Source of the DNA: Amoebidium appalachense
Taxonomy: Eukaryota > Protista > Ichthyosporea
NCBI GenBank assembly: GCA_963693365.1
Contig: CAVNZM010000017.1
Location: 3,267,375 to 3,331,374 of the forward strand
Length of the DNA stretch: 64,000 bases
Direction of reading: 5' to 3'
Part shown: one piece after another, positions 62,922 to 64,000 of the stretch
Numbering within the stretch: the stretch's first letter is position 1
Layout of the letters: the number at the start of each line of letters is the position of its first letter
Notes under the pieces: generated by a model
Told to the model about the DNA's origin: nothing
Databases searched by the model: none
The model's input: the letters and a program-made list of their open reading frames with translations, nothing else
Translations under genes and position numbers: made by a program

Positions 62922-63640
62922 TCATGTGTGTGTGTGTGTGTGTGCGTGTGTGTGTGTATATTCATGTGTGTGTGTGTGTGTGTGTGCGTGTGTGTGCGTG
63001 CGCGTGTATATACATGTGTGCGCACATACATGTATGTGTGTGTGTGTGTGTGTACGTGTGATTGCACCAACATGTAGTATGTGTGGGTGCACGTGTGTGT
63101 GTGTACATATGTGTGCGTGAATGTCGTGTGAATGTATGTTAGCTGGTGTCAGTCTGCGTGACCGTGTACGTGCTTGAGTTTGGGTTTAAGTGCATATGTG
63201 AGTGTGTGTGCCTGTTTCCGGGAGAGGGAAGGGCAGGAAGGGGGAGGGTGGGGGGGGGGGGGGGGGGGGGGGGGGGGCTGCGAGTATACGTTGCCGAACT
63301 CAAAAGTGTTTGAATGTGGTGTTTGCTAAGGAGGGGAATGTGTGCCACACATCTGGTATGAACCCATGTGCATGTGTGGAGGTAGTGATGTGCTCTTGCA
63401 GTGCTGTGCTCTCACATAGAGAATGTGTGTATGAATGCAGTGGTGGTGTGTGTTGATGACTGGCTGGGTGTGTGTGTGTGTCCATTTGGCTGTGGTTAGG
63501 AAGAGAGGGGGGGGGAGAAGGGGAGGTGGCAACTGGGTGTAGAGCTACGAGTACGGTCATGAGGTATATGGTACAGGTGGCCGTGTGTGTAATTTGTATG
63601 CTTTTCTGCCATATGTTAAGGGCTTTTTTTTTTTTTTTTT

Positions 63641-63671
<31 letters not shown>

Positions 63672-63881
63672 GGGAATTGATCAAAACGTATGTGTGTGGG
63701 TGTGCGTATACATATGCCTGTGTGTGTGTATGTGTGCGTGTATGCGTGCCACGGTGTGTGCGTGTATGTGTGCTTGTATGTGTGTCCCTAAGGGCTCCCA
63801 TGTGCAACCAACATGTCACCACAACCCGTACACATCTACATAACCCCCCCCCCACACACACACACACACGCACACATACAT

Positions 63882-63920
<39 letters not shown>

Positions 63921-64000
63921 CATACAGCAGTAGTGGTGACGTCAGCACGAACCCCCTAAACAGCTCCCTGTGTTTCCTTGCCATGGTCAGGGCAATGCAC
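59494..64000 (-). CDS. MGLL: Monoglyceride lipase / lysophospholipase (alpha/beta hydrolase), 3' part; 5' end beyond the window
   Basis: Exons >64000-63926, 62832-62711, 61612-61477, 61027-60898, 59967-59494: [28 protein letters not shown]...[23 protein letters not shown]...[18 protein letters not shown]...[21 protein letters not shown]...IIRSMVEWV (catalytic Asp and His motifs), then a long acidic tail. The true 3' end may use a further intron. Confidence 0.88.
61738..62079. mobile_element. Possible MITE / inverted-repeat element in an MGLL intron
   Basis: CACCCATTAACCGAACACCAGATCT (61738-61762) is inverted at 62054-62079 (AGATCGAGGTATTCGGTTAATGGGTG); surrounding 61680-62355 is AT-rich and free of microsatellites, with related CGGTTAATGG and GGGTTAA motifs. 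Confidence 0.5.

Overview
Intron-dense eukaryotic genomic DNA. The gene content (PI-PLC, an RFX factor with B/C/dimerisation domains, an eh1-bearing zinc finger, an LRRC14-like protein) suggests a holozoan, possibly an ichthyosporean-type unicellular relative of animals; this is inference only. Almost all ORFs in the supplied track are artefacts of (CA)n/(GT)n and poly-C/poly-G tracts. Manual splicing recovers seven genes: the 3' half of a phosphoinositide phospholipase C (+), a PAA1/AANAT-like GNAT acetyltransferase (-), a BC-box LRR protein resembling LRRC14/PRAME (+), phosducin-like TXNDC9/Plp1 (-), an intronless C2H2 protein ending in an eh1 motif (+), an 18-exon RFX transcription factor (+) and the 3' part of a monoglyceride lipase (-). 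The most unusual signal is a family of short, structured, 5'-truncated elements: 7 copies in 2 subfamilies with compensatory base changes. All lie in introns in the host sense orientation and sit between C-rich or poly-C tracts, and most end in CATTCAA(A) followed by a C run instead of poly-A. Many introns also carry nested complementary simple repeats. One GC-AG intron, one apparent GT-CG intron, several MITE-like elements and several minisatellites are present.
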